This document shows, piece by piece, positions 9,971 through 19,697 of a stretch of DNA of 47,296 bases. The position numbers and the translations under genes were made by a program. Source of the DNA: a virus (Duplodnaviria > Caudoviricetes). The notes under the pieces were generated by a model, which saw only the letters and a program-made list of their open reading frames with translations, was not told the origin of the DNA and made no database searches. The DNA is taken from positions 1-47,296 of the IMG/VR virus record IMGVR_UViG_3300021411_000010. One strand, 5' to 3'. Each line of letters begins with the position of its first letter. Within the stretch, counting starts at the first letter, position 1.

Positions 9971-10247
9971 ATCAGAAGAAGTAATAAATCATTATGGAGC
10001 TGTACGTTTACGTGTTACTGGTATTGCGAACTTGAAATTAAAATTATTTAGTCTTAATGAAATTAAACAATTCAATCTTCTTCCTTTAACAATACAATCT
10101 AGAACTAATATTGAGCCTAATAGATTATCAAATTTTACGCAACAAAGAGCTAAATTAGAGATTAGAACTACTGAATTAGATGAAGTCTTTAATATTTCTA
10201 AAGTTATTATTTTTGTAAGACCAGTCGCAAAATCCTATCCAGAATGA
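9963..10247 (+). CDS. Small beta-rich tail protein
   Basis: TTG start overlapping the upstream stop; alternating hydrophobic beta strands. Confidence 0.5.
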   Translation: MPKSEEVINHYGAVRLRVTGIANLKLKLFSLNEIKQFNLLPLTIQSRTNIEPNRLSNFTQQRAKLEIRTTELDEVFNISKVIIFVRPVAKSYPE

Positions 10248-10261
10248 AATGAGAGGAGAAT

Positions 10262-11284
10262 ATGGCTGCCGGTAATGTACTTTATGGTGGAGGAGTTGCT
10301 CCTACTAAGCCTCCTTTGCCAACTACTCAATTTGGTAATCCATCTACATTTACTGCTGCCGCTAACCAACAGGCTAGTGATTATGATAAAATCATGGCTG
10401 GATATGATAACTTAATTGCGTCTACACAAGCGAATCCAGTAACGGCAGGAACGGCATCGAGTGGTCAAGTATCTGCTCCAGAACGGATAAATCCGAGTCA
10501 AGTAAATTTTGGTTCAGTAACTCCTCAAACATCTAGATATCAACAATCAGGAGATGTAACTAGTTCATTAGCTGGATTATCTGATTTAGCAACTACGGGT
10601 GGATATACACCTCAAGGTATTGCAGATATTAGAGAAAGAGATATTTCTCCAATTCGTTCTATCTATGCTAATGCTAGACAAAATACTGAAAGAACTAAAG
10701 CATTAGGTGGTGGTTATAGTCCTAATTTTAATGCTACAACGGCTCAAATGGCTAGAGATGAAGCCGGTCAGATAGGTGGTATTACAACAGCCGCTAACGC
10801 TGGTATTGCTCAAAATGTAGCTTCAAATAGAATAGCTGCCGCTCCTGCTTATGCTTCAGCAAGTGCAAATGCTAATGCTGCACAAACAGAAGCTGATAAA
10901 CATAATGCTGATATTGTTAATCAAATTAATCAGTATAATTCACAAGGTAGAGCAGCTGTTGATGCTAATAATGCAGCAAATTCATTAGGTGCTCAACAAT
11001 TCAATAGTTCTGCACTAACTGGTGTTAATACTGGAAATGTTAATAGAGCTGTTGGAACTAGTCAATTTAACGTACAATCTGCTTTAGATGCCGCTAAGGC
11101 TAATCAAGGGACTATATCTAGTGCTCTTGCAGGTAAAACCAATCTTTATGGAACTACTCCAGCTTTAACGAATACATTTGGTAATCAAGTAACACAAGCT
11201 GCTCAATTAGGTCAAAATCAACAACAAATTAATACACAAAGATTGAATCAGGGATATAGTGCTATTAACGGTCTCATGCACTGA
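10262..11284 (+). CDS. Putative ejection (DNA pilot) protein 1
   Basis: Ala/Asn/Gln/Gly-rich, no Cys or Trp; first of three successive genes in the podovirus internal-protein position. Confidence 0.65.
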   Translation: MAAGNVLYGGGVAPTKPPLPTTQFGNPSTFTAAANQQASDYDKIMAGYDNLIASTQANPVTAGTASSGQVSAPERINPSQVNFGSVTPQTSRYQQSGDVTSSLAGLSDLATTGGYTPQGIADIRERDISPIRSIYANARQNTERTKALGGGYSPNFNATTAQMARDEAGQIGGITTAANAGIAQNVASNRIAAAPAYASASANANAAQTEADKHNADIVNQINQYNSQGRAAVDANNAANSLGAQQFNSSALTGVNTGNVNRAVGTSQFNVQSALDAAKANQGTISSALAGKTNLYGTTPALTNTFGNQVTQAAQLGQNQQQINTQRLNQGYSAINGLMH

Positions 11285-11293
11285 AGAAAAACA

Positions 11294-12190
11294 ATGGGAT
11301 TTGTAGATAACATCGCAGCAAACGCACCTGGTAGAAGTGGTATTTATGGACAACCTGGACAAGGCCAAGATTTAGATGTTTTAGGAATTGTTAACAAATT
11401 AAAAGATAGAGAATTACAAGATTTTAAAGATAAATCTAATTTTATGTCAGATTTATCAGTTAAACAACAAGGTAAACTTAGGACAATGTATGATCCTAAT
11501 AATCAACCTATTGATCAACAGACTGGATTACGTCATACACCTGATGGACAACAGATGGGAGTTCAATTAGGTTACGACTCTAAGATGATGCCTCAATCTG
11601 CACCTATGAATGATTATCAAAAAGGTGAATTAGGAATTAGACAACAAGGTGTTAATTTAGAAAGTCAGAAATTAGCTCAAACTGGGAAATTAGGTCAAGA
11701 AAGTATGGATATTAAAACTAGACAAGAAGCATTAAATAAGGAAAAGAGTGATCAAATAAATGCAACTAAACAGGCTGATATGCAACGTAAAATTACTGAA
11801 TCTGAAGCTAAAATTGAACAGGCTCAAGCCGTTCTGGAATCTAAAAATACTAATGCAGAAGCACAATTAGAAGCTCATAAAGCATTAGCTACTGCTGTAG
11901 AAGAGAGACATAAGTTAGAAATGACTCAGAAACAAGGACAATTTGATAAACTTAATGAACAACATCAAGAACTTATTAAACAATCAGAAAAGAAATTAAA
12001 ACAAGGTTCTAGATCCCAGACTACAGTTGAACAAGGTGGAGAGAAGAGAACTACAACTACTACAAGAGGTGATGCCGCTGACACCGTGAATGTAATGGGT
12101 AAAGATGGTAAACAGTATACAATTCCAAAAGATAAATTGAATGATATGGATGCAGATGGTACTCCTCACTGGAAACAACAGGAAGAATAA
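11294..12190 (+). CDS. Putative ejection protein 2 (coiled coil)
   Basis: Gln/Lys/Glu-rich heptads, no Cys; translationally coupled to the next gene. Confidence 0.6.
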   Translation: MGFVDNIAANAPGRSGIYGQPGQGQDLDVLGIVNKLKDRELQDFKDKSNFMSDLSVKQQGKLRTMYDPNNQPIDQQTGLRHTPDGQQMGVQLGYDSKMMPQSAPMNDYQKGELGIRQQGVNLESQKLAQTGKLGQESMDIKTRQEALNKEKSDQINATKQADMQRKITESEAKIEQAQAVLESKNTNAEAQLEAHKALATAVEERHKLEMTQKQGQFDKLNEQHQELIKQSEKKLKQGSRSQTTVEQGGEKRTTTTTRGDAADTVNVMGKDGKQYTIPKDKLNDMDADGTPHWKQQEE

Positions 12191-15100
12191 TGGCTTATCC
12201 CATTAGACAAGGTGATGGAGATCCTCCTGAATGGCAACCTCCTGATTACGCTAAACCTTTAGATGAGGAGGAAGATTGGACTCCTCCTAGTTATGCTAAA
12301 GCTGTAGAAGAACCAAAGATTAAGAAAAGTATATTTAGTAAAGTTAAGGAAGCTTTAACACCTAAGCCATTTAATCCTACTTCAACTCCTCCTCTTGCTA
12401 AATCTGATATAGGAGATCCTTCTTCAGAAGAACGTATTAAAAATGCTAATGAATTACAAGATCCTGGTCAAGGCGATTATTTTGCTAAACATCCAAGTAG
12501 TCTAGCAGAACCTAAACATGAAATAGGACAAGATATTAAATCATTTGCACAAAGTGTTATTCCTACTGTTAAAAGTGCAATTAATACAGCAACTACTGCG
12601 CCTAAATTTATAACTAATCCAGCAGATAGATTCGCTAATGAAGTTTTAGATCCTCCAAGAGAGAATTCAGATCCAAGAGCTGCGTTTGGTGCCGGTGTAG
12701 TACAAGCTGGTGCTAAAATGTTAACTCCTGTTAACGTAGCTTTATCCGCAATAGGAGCTGGTGAAACTGCTTTAATTAAATCAATAGGTGCTGGTGCTAA
12801 AGAATTAATACCAGCATTAATGAATGTACAAAAAGCTAGACAAGCAATTTCAATACCTATTGCAGTACATGGAGCATATGGTGTTGCTGCTCCCAATAAA
12901 ACATGGATGGAAAGATTAGAATCTATTCCAGAATTAGCAGGAGGATTATTAGGAACATTTGGTGGAAAATTTGCTCATATTGCTGATGAAGAGATGCCTA
13001 AAGGATTAGGGTCTGGGTCTAGTGAAATTCCTTATAGGATGAATGAACCTCCTCCTCCGAGTCCTATTAATCAAGAACCTCCTATTAAACAAGAAGTTAA
13101 ACCTAACTTTGTTAATCCTTTTGAAAAATCTGTAGCTCCTACTAAAGAGACTATCGATAAATTACAATCTGATAATCCTCCAATAATAGATGATCAAGGT
13201 GGTACAGATTTTATTCCAGAAGAAAATCAAAGAGGATATACAGGCGAATCTAGTCCAAAATTAGAAAAATTTCTTCAAGATGTCCGGCAACAAGTTTCAG
13301 AACCTACTCAAGAAGTTTCAGAATCTCCTCTTCCTATAAGAAGTCCTAATCTTGATCCTAATCGTTATCCAATACCAAATTCTGAAACTCCAGTATCAAA
13401 AGGAAAGAGTATTGAAGATTTACAATTTGAATTAGCTCAAAATAAATTCAATATGGGTAAATCTCTTCCTGGAGGTGTTAGACCTAAAGAATGGACTCCT
13501 CCAGAATATGCTAAGGAAACAGAAGAACCTAAAACTGAACTTGCTAAAGAAATAAAATTTAGTCACAATAATCCTGAATTAGGTGGAAGACAATATGATG
13601 TAGAAGGTGGTTCTACAATAAGTGAACAAGAAGCCTTAAAAAGAGGATATACACTTCCTGAATCTCCTACTGCTGAAGAAGCCGCTAACCAGCCTAGATT
13701 AAGCGGAAAAGATTTAAGGGAGAAAGCTCTTGCTGAAAGAGCTGGAAAAACATGGACTCCTCCTAACTATGCTAAGCCTATAGAAGAATCTAAATTTAAG
13801 CCTGTTAAGAGAACTATATCTGAAGAACAATTAACTAAAGGATTTGGCGGTTCAGGACATCCTGAAAATGCTGATTTTACATCTAAAGTTCTCAGTGCCG
13901 CAGGCAAGGGCACTCCAGGATTATCTGTAGAACCTGTCTCTGCTGTAGGAAAAAATACAGCTAATCTTAATGCTCAACACATTGTATTTAGAGATCCAGA
14001 AGGTAATCCAGTAGTTGTTGCTAAGATAGTACAAGATAGCAAAGGTAAGAATCTGGTTATGGACTTAGCAGCTGATAAGACTAAAGGACTATTAACTGGA
14101 CGTGGAACTACTGCTGTAGCTAAGAAACTCCTTGAATTAGGTGCTACTGAACCTGCTGGAACTATGAGTCCTGATGCAGAAAACTTCTTAAAGAGAATGA
14201 AGGGTTACGTAAAGAGTTCTAAATTTACAGATGAAGTAGCTCCAAAAGAATCCTCTGAGCCTTCCTTCTCCAGAACTGAAGGAGGAGGGACAAGAATGGA
14301 TATTGGTGATAAGAAAGATATGATTCGTGTATTTAGAAATACTTATAGTGGTTCTATCCCTCATGTTGCTACTAAAGAATTAATACAAAATGCTATTGAT
14401 GCTACTTCAGATATGGGAGCTGAAGGTAAAGTTGATGTAAAAACAAGTGCTAAAACTGGAGTTGTAGAAGTAACAGATAATGGACCTGGATTAACTAGAG
14501 ATATGATTGATACCGTTTATTCTAATCTTTCATCATCCGGTAAACGTGCTGAAGGTTCTAATAAAATTGGAGAAATGGGTGTTGGAAAGACTACCTACAT
14601 GGTAGCTGGAAAACACGTAGCCGTTGACACAGTAGCTAGAGAACCTTCCGATGGAAAATTATATAGGCATACATTTGAAGGAACGCCAGAAGAATTAATG
14701 GATGAATTCCATCCTAAACAAACTGAAGTTCCTGAAGGAACACCTACTGGAACTAAAGTTACTATGCAATCTCCTGAAGGTTCTAAATATGAAGGTTTAA
14801 AACAATATCTTACTAATTTTGGAAAATATTCAAAAAATCCTGTTCCTATCAGTATAGAACATGAAGGAGTATATTCTTTCGAAAAAGCTGAGAAGAAAGA
14901 TGTTCCTGTTAGAACTGAAATTAGTGGTCGTGATCTTGGAGGAGAGGAAGTACCAGGAACAAAATATAATCTCACTATTCCAGATGATGCTCAATGGATT
15001 GAATCTGATAGAATACCGCTTATTCTAAATAATAGAGGAATGTTTCAAGGAGTTGATCAACATTATATTGGTGATAAAGCAGAAGTTCCAGATAGGATAG

Positions 15101-17568
15101 TAGTGGAAATAGATCCAAATGTTATGGCTACAGATGATAAATACCCCTTAACGGCTCCGACTAGAGAAAGATTAAAAGATGATATTCGCTCTAAAATAGG
15201 AGCATATATAGATAAAAATTTAGTTAATGCTCAAAAAGAAAAAAGAACAAATGAAATTAAAAGGGTATATGATAAATTAGAAAATAGTAAGGATAAACAT
15301 ATAGTTTATGATGGTGGAGAGAGATACACTCCTGAAGAATTAACTAGGATAAAACGTAGTCCAGTTATGAATAAAATAGGCGATATTATTAAAAATGTAG
15401 TTGATGAATTATCAACAGTAATTAATATTGGTACTAAGAAAGTTACTAGAACTGGATTTATATTTGACAAATTAAGGGGTGTAAATTTAAAGTTACCAGG
15501 GAATGATGATGTTATATTAATGGTAAATCCATTTTCTGAGATGCAACCTGGTATGACTCCTAAACAAACTGCTCAAGGAATAGTACATATTATTATACAT
15601 GAATTTACTCACGTTAATGAAAGAAGTGAAGGTTCAAATTATACTGCTCATTTAGCTTCCGTTTATGAAAAATTCGATTTAGAGAGACAACTAAATGCCA
15701 GAAACAAAATCCTCAGCGCTCTCACAGAAGGAAAATATTTCAAAACAGAAGGAGCCGAGCTATCTCCAGAAATTCAGGACTTATTACAAGAGTATACTGA
15801 ATCAAGAAGGCGCTATGCAACTTCAAATGACCTTCTCCTTAGAGAGGCGGGCAGCAGTTTCGTTAAAGAAGAAGGACCAAGAGGAGTTTCTAAAGATGAT
15901 AAACCAGATGGAGAAGGAACTTCTGCCGCAGCCGTAGATAAATTATTCTCAGCAATGAATGATGCTAGAGAAGGGATGGAAGAGCAAGAAACTATAAATA
16001 AGCAGGAGAGAGCTAAGAGATTTTCTGATTTTGTTTCTGTAAAACAAGGTGGAGCAGCAGGAGCCGCTAAGAGCCTAGGAAAGTTAAGAGGAGAAATTGA
16101 AAAGGTTAATCCAGGTGAAAGATTAAATCTAACTCAAGCTGATACTGATTCATTATTCACAGCTATTAAGAAAGCTAAAATAACTCCAGGTGAACAAGCT
16201 AGAGGATATACAGCTATGTTTAAATTAATGAATGGGGAATCAACTCCTCAACGTAACGAGTTGAAAATTTTAGATGATGTATTTGGTGGTGGTTTTAGTG
16301 ATAAAATTATAGAAATGCATGGAGGATTAGGAGTAACTGGACTCAAAATAGCTAAATTAGCTAACACCATGAAATCTCTTGAGAATGCTATGTCCTTAGC
16401 GGCACCGTTGAGACATGGTATTGGTCTTGCTTATAGAAAAGAATTTTATCCTGCATTTAGAGATATGTTTAAATTCTTTGCAAATAAAGATTTCTATCAA
16501 GAAGGAATGAAAGCAATAGTTGAACGACCTAATTATCTTCTTAAAAGAGAAGCTGGATTATTCACAGCTAAACCTGGTAGTTTATTAGGAGCAGAAGAAG
16601 AATTTTTAAATAGTTATGCTGGGAACATTCCTATTGCTAGAAATATGGTTGGTTCCTCTCAGAGAGGATATGTTGGTTTCCTTAATAAATTAAGAGATGA
16701 TACATCTGAAAATATGCTTCGTAGAATGGAAGAGTTAGGATATAAGAAATCTACTATTGTAGGTCAGGGAGATAAAGCTATAGAAATTCCAACTAAAGAA
16801 ACGAAGGCTATTATGAGATTTGTTAATATATTTTCTGGAAGAGGAGAATTACCATTTGGATTAGAGAAGATGACTAATGAACTTAACGTTCTTCTTTGGT
16901 CTCCTAGAATGCTGGCTTCACGTATTCAGATGTTCACTAATCCTAAACTTTATATGGATTTGCCCAAAGGAATGAGATTGGAAGGACTAAAGAGTGCTTT
17001 AGCCGTTGCCGCTCTGGGGACTATAATTGATACTAGCCTAGCATATGCAGGAGCTAAGATTAGTTATAATATCTTATCAACAGATTTTGGTAAATCAAGA
17101 TTTGGTACTAGATTAATGGACCCTTGGGGTGGATTACAACAGTTTGTTGTAGGATTTGCTAGATTCTTAGCAGGTAAAACAGATAATTCTCAACCTACTT
17201 CACGTTTAGAAATAGCAGGACGTTTCTTAGCTAATAAAGAGTCTCCTGCTGCTAGTTTAGCTCATACTCTCTTAACGGCTAAGAAATTTACTGGAAAAAG
17301 TGATGACCCATTAACGGCTGGAAACTTTACCGATCAATACGGTAATAAGACTAATATTCAAAGTGAAATTGGAAAACGATTTCTTCCTATATTTGTACAA
17401 GATGTTAAAGATTTATCAGATAGTGATAAAGAATGGTCTGAGGATATTGGTTTAAATGCTATTATGGGTTTAGGAAGTTTAACTGGCATGGCACAAAATT
17501 ATCCTGAGAAAAAAGGTGGATTACAAATGAGGAAAATGAAAACTAATGTATTAAAACCTGTTCAATAA
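12190..17568 (+). CDS. Large polyvalent ejection-type protein with GNAT-like, GHKL ATPase and HExxH zincin-like domains
   Basis: KELIQNAIDA / VTDNGPGL / IGEMGVGK / GTKVT are the GHKL boxes; IIHEFTH; four W-x-PP-x-YAK repeats; helical C-terminal third. Confidence 0.8.
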   Translation: MAYPIRQGDGDPPEWQPPDYAKPLDEEEDWTPPSYAKAVEEPKIKKSIFSKVKEALTPKPFNPTSTPPLAKSDIGDPSSEERIKNANELQDPGQGDYFAKHPSSLAEPKHEIGQDIKSFAQSVIPTVKSAINTATTAPKFITNPADRFANEVLDPPRENSDPRAAFGAGVVQAGAKMLTPVNVALSAIGAGETALIKSIGAGAKELIPALMNVQKARQAISIPIAVHGAYGVAAPNKTWMERLESIPELAGGLLGTFGGKFAHIADEEMPKGLGSGSSEIPYRMNEPPPPSPINQEPPIKQEVKPNFVNPFEKSVAPTKETIDKLQSDNPPIIDDQGGTDFIPEENQRGYTGESSPKLEKFLQDVRQQVSEPTQEVSESPLPIRSPNLDPNRYPIPNSETPVSKGKSIEDLQFELAQNKFNMGKSLPGGVRPKEWTPPEYAKETEEPKTELAKEIKFSHNNPELGGRQYDVEGGSTISEQEALKRGYTLPESPTAEEAANQPRLSGKDLREKALAERAGKTWTPPNYAKPIEESKFKPVKRTISEEQLTKGFGGSGHPENADFTSKVLSAAGKGTPGLSVEPVSAVGKNTANLNAQHIVFRDPEGNPVVVAKIVQDSKGKNLVMDLAADKTKGLLTGRGTTAVAKKLLELGATEPAGTMSPDAENFLKRMKGYVKSSKFTDEVAPKESSEPSFSRTEGGGTRMDIGDKKDMIRVFRNTYSGSIPHVATKELIQNAIDATSDMGAEGKVDVKTSAKTGVVEVTDNGPGLTRDMIDTVYSNLSSSGKRAEGSNKIGEMGVGKTTYMVAGKHVAVDTVAREPSDGKLYRHTFEGTPEELMDEFHPKQTEVPEGTPTGTKVTMQSPEGSKYEGLKQYLTNFGKYSKNPVPISIEHEGVYSFEKAEKKDVPVRTEISGRDLGGEEVPGTKYNLTIPDDAQWIESDRIPLILNNRGMFQGVDQHYIGDKAEVPDRIVVEIDPNVMATDDKYPLTAPTRERLKDDIRSKIGAYIDKNLVNAQKEKRTNEIKRVYDKLENSKDKHIVYDGGERYTPEELTRIKRSPVMNKIGDIIKNVVDELSTVINIGTKKVTRTGFIFDKLRGVNLKLPGNDDVILMVNPFSEMQPGMTPKQTAQGIVHIIIHEFTHVNERSEGSNYTAHLASVYEKFDLERQLNARNKILSALTEGKYFKTEGAELSPEIQDLLQEYTESRRRYATSNDLLLREAGSSFVKEEGPRGVSKDDKPDGEGTSAAAVDKLFSAMNDAREGMEEQETINKQERAKRFSDFVSVKQGGAAGAAKSLGKLRGEIEKVNPGERLNLTQADTDSLFTAIKKAKITPGEQARGYTAMFKLMNGESTPQRNELKILDDVFGGGFSDKIIEMHGGLGVTGLKIAKLANTMKSLENAMSLAAPLRHGIGLAYRKEFYPAFRDMFKFFANKDFYQEGMKAIVERPNYLLKREAGLFTAKPGSLLGAEEEFLNSYAGNIPIARNMVGSSQRGYVGFLNKLRDDTSENMLRRMEELGYKKSTIVGQGDKAIEIPTKETKAIMRFVNIFSGRGELPFGLEKMTNELNVLLWSPRMLASRIQMFTNPKLYMDLPKGMRLEGLKSALAVAALGTIIDTSLAYAGAKISYNILSTDFGKSRFGTRLMDPWGGLQQFVVGFARFLAGKTDNSQPTSRLEIAGRFLANKESPAASLAHTLLTAKKFTGKSDDPLTAGNFTDQYGNKTNIQSEIGKRFLPIFVQDVKDLSDSDKEWSEDIGLNAIMGLGSLTGMAQNYPEKKGGLQMRKMKTNVLKPVQ

Positions 17569-17642
17569 TTATTCCCTAGGAGTTACGTATTGATCATGTC
17601 TATAATAATAATACCAACGATATAGATAACGAAAGAATTTAA

Positions 17643-17975
17643 TCATCTTTTTCCTCCTCCTTGAATAAATCCATCTGGATATCTTTCTTCTAATTTAGAA
17701 ATATTACGTTCCATAACAACTTCTAGGGGAATATTTAATTCCGTACAAATAGCAGCCACGTACCATAGAACATCTCCTAATTCCTTAATTATTCTAGGAA
17801 TATCTAATCCAGTATCATGAAAAATAGCTTTTTTAATATCATCACAAACTTCTCCAGCTTCTCCAGACATTCCCATAGCATTCCAAATTATCATAATTTC
17901 AACAGAAGAATATTCTCTAGGAGGTTTATTTAATAAAGTTCTTGCAGCAGATTCTTGATATTGCTTAGGAGTCAT
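17643..17975 (-). CDS. mazG: MazG-like nucleotide pyrophosphohydrolase
   Basis: GMSGEAGEVCDDIKK...KELGDVLWYVA...NISKLEERYPDGF. Confidence 0.88.
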   Translation of the reverse strand: MTPKQYQESAARTLLNKPPREYSSVEIMIIWNAMGMSGEAGEVCDDIKKAIFHDTGLDIPRIIKELGDVLWYVAAICTELNIPLEVVMERNISKLEERYPDGFIQGGGKR

Positions 17976-18295
17976 CTCATTCTCCTATCTCTGCGAGAAG
18001 CCATCCATAAAACTGTTATTGTACAAATATCTATTTCTGTATCTTCTACAGATTCATTCAAAGCTTCTTTACCCAAGCCGTTCTCTAGGTTAGCAAGACG
18101 ATACCATTTCTCAGCAATTCTTCCTACGAATCCGGCATCGTCTGGATTATCGAATAATTTCGACATTGTTCCAGCGAATTTATAGTTAGCAAAAGGATCT
18201 TCATCACTAGAATAATCATGTGATTTTTTACTATGAATTTCACTCATTTTTTCTAACAAATTATAGAAAATTGGACTTCCATGTTTTTGTGTCAT
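17972..18295 (-). CDS. DUF1599/Nmad1-like all-helical nucleotide-associated protein
   Basis: KKSHDY...DPFANY, KWYRLANL and ESVEDTEID motif set; adjacent to MazG. Confidence 0.6.
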   Translation of the reverse strand: MTQKHGSPIFYNLLEKMSEIHSKKSHDYSSDEDPFANYKFAGTMSKLFDNPDDAGFVGRIAEKWYRLANLENGLGKEALNESVEDTEIDICTITVLWMASRRDRRMR

Positions 18296-19536
18296 TTAAC
18301 TCCTTGTGCTCTGAATCTCACTAGTTTATCTTTTGTCTCTCCAGACAACATGATGAGCCAATCGCTATTCTTTCCAATTCCAATCTTCTGCCTTTTTACC
18401 CATCCCATTTCCATAAGAGTGTCAATGATTCTATCAAGAGCCATAGGATCATAATCTCCAAATCCACGAATAAGAAGTTCTTTTCTTGTAAGATTATTTT
18501 CATTCGCTGCCATTAAAGTATCTACAACTCTTTTAGTCTGAGCCGCTAAGGGGTCTAATCCTCCACCAGCAGCAGCTTTTTCACTAGCGTAAATTAATCC
18601 AGTTACTTTAATAATACCTTCTGTTATATCAGATTCAGATAATACTCCTTCACTTTCATATCTAGCCAAACAAAGACACATAGCTACTTTAAGAACATGA
18701 TCTGGAACTCGATTAACAAATCCTGTTCTATCATTATACTGTGATTGAGTAGAACGCCATTCCTTTCTCCAAGTATTAAATACTACTCTTGCTTTCTCAT
18801 CTGGAACTAATCTAGCCTTGTTCTCAGCAATTTTCTTTAGATGAGGAACATATTTAGGAATTATATAATTTGTAAATCTATCTTCATCAACAGATTCTTC
18901 TTCTGAGTCAAGGAGATCAACATCTTTTGATCTTTTTTCCTCGTAGATAACGAGATTACGTCCAATATAACCGCCCTCGATATTCGGTTGCGGAATTGAA
19001 TCGTAGAAGTGGGCAGGTGAACTACCAAACAAACAGGTAATGTAAGGTTCTTTAAGTTTCTCGGCACCGTCACCCTTCAAAAGATTTGTCCAGTTGGGAT
19101 TATAATTACGATCATAAAGATCTGTAAGAATCGTAAGACTATCTGGATCTTGAATAATAGCTGTAGAAAGTTCACCATTAACAATAAAACCACGAGAATC
19201 AATAATAATTGCTTTACCTTGCACGCTACGTGTGGTAGCTAATTCTTTAATTATAGCTTGAATACTTGATCTTCCCGCTATTACCCTTGTATTGTCTGCT
19301 GCGATAACTAATCTTTTTGCAAGGTTTACAGGAAATCCTTTTCCTAAACCCGACTCTCCCATCAATATAACATATATATTCGGATAGTATAATAAATTTC
19401 CCTTCAACGTCCGTAAAGTATAAGCATTTGCTGCTACACTGCTGATGCAACACATTAATGACCAGAATAGCCATGACTCTGGGGTCTCAACGGCTTGATG
19501 CTCTTGAATTAAATCGTCTATCCAACTTTGAGACAA
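18292..19536 (-). CDS. DUF3987-like P-loop ATPase/helicase with a winged-helix-like C-terminus
   Basis: PNIYVILMGESGLGKG Walker A; LTDLYD; GGYIGRNL; HVLKVAMCL. Confidence 0.7.
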   Translation of the reverse strand: MSQSWIDDLIQEHQAVETPESWLFWSLMCCISSVAANAYTLRTLKGNLLYYPNIYVILMGESGLGKGFPVNLAKRLVIAADNTRVIAGRSSIQAIIKELATTRSVQGKAIIIDSRGFIVNGELSTAIIQDPDSLTILTDLYDRNYNPNWTNLLKGDGAEKLKEPYITCLFGSSPAHFYDSIPQPNIEGGYIGRNLVIYEEKRSKDVDLLDSEEESVDEDRFTNYIIPKYVPHLKKIAENKARLVPDEKARVVFNTWRKEWRSTQSQYNDRTGFVNRVPDHVLKVAMCLCLARYESEGVLSESDITEGIIKVTGLIYASEKAAAGGGLDPLAAQTKRVVDTLMAANENNLTRKELLIRGFGDYDPMALDRIIDTLMEMGWVKRQKIGIGKNSDWLIMLSGETKDKLVRFRAQGVK

Positions 19537-19538
19537 AT

Positions 19539-19697
19539 TTATTTGAACTCATTTAATCTAAATAAAAGTTTGTGATAAAGTTTAAATTGTATAACCTCTG
19601 TATTAACAGTCGGTGCCGCACTACCCGTAGCCTTAACTAACACTTCTAATTCTTCTTTTGTAAATTCAATTGTGACAGTTTTATCATCTTCTGTCAA
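19539..19697 (-). CDS. Small hypothetical protein (52 aa; not in ORF track)
   Basis: TTG start after AAGGGG; MTEDDKTVTIEFTKEELEVLVK...; fills the gap between flanking genes. Confidence 0.5.
   Translation of the reverse strand: MTEDDKTVTIEFTKEELEVLVKATGSAAPTVNTEVIQFKLYHKLLFRLNEFK

Noticed and set aside
12232-13776. PPxY late-domain (WW-binding) function implying a eukaryotic host
   Set aside because: SD sequences, sigma70 promoters and the gene content are bacterial-phage type.
17569-17646. 25-aa Tyr-rich ORF (MIKFFRYLYRWYYYYRHDQYVTPRE) filling the gap between the convergent arms
   Set aside because: It has an SD-like GGAGG and ATGA coupling, but it is too short to support without homologs or expression data.
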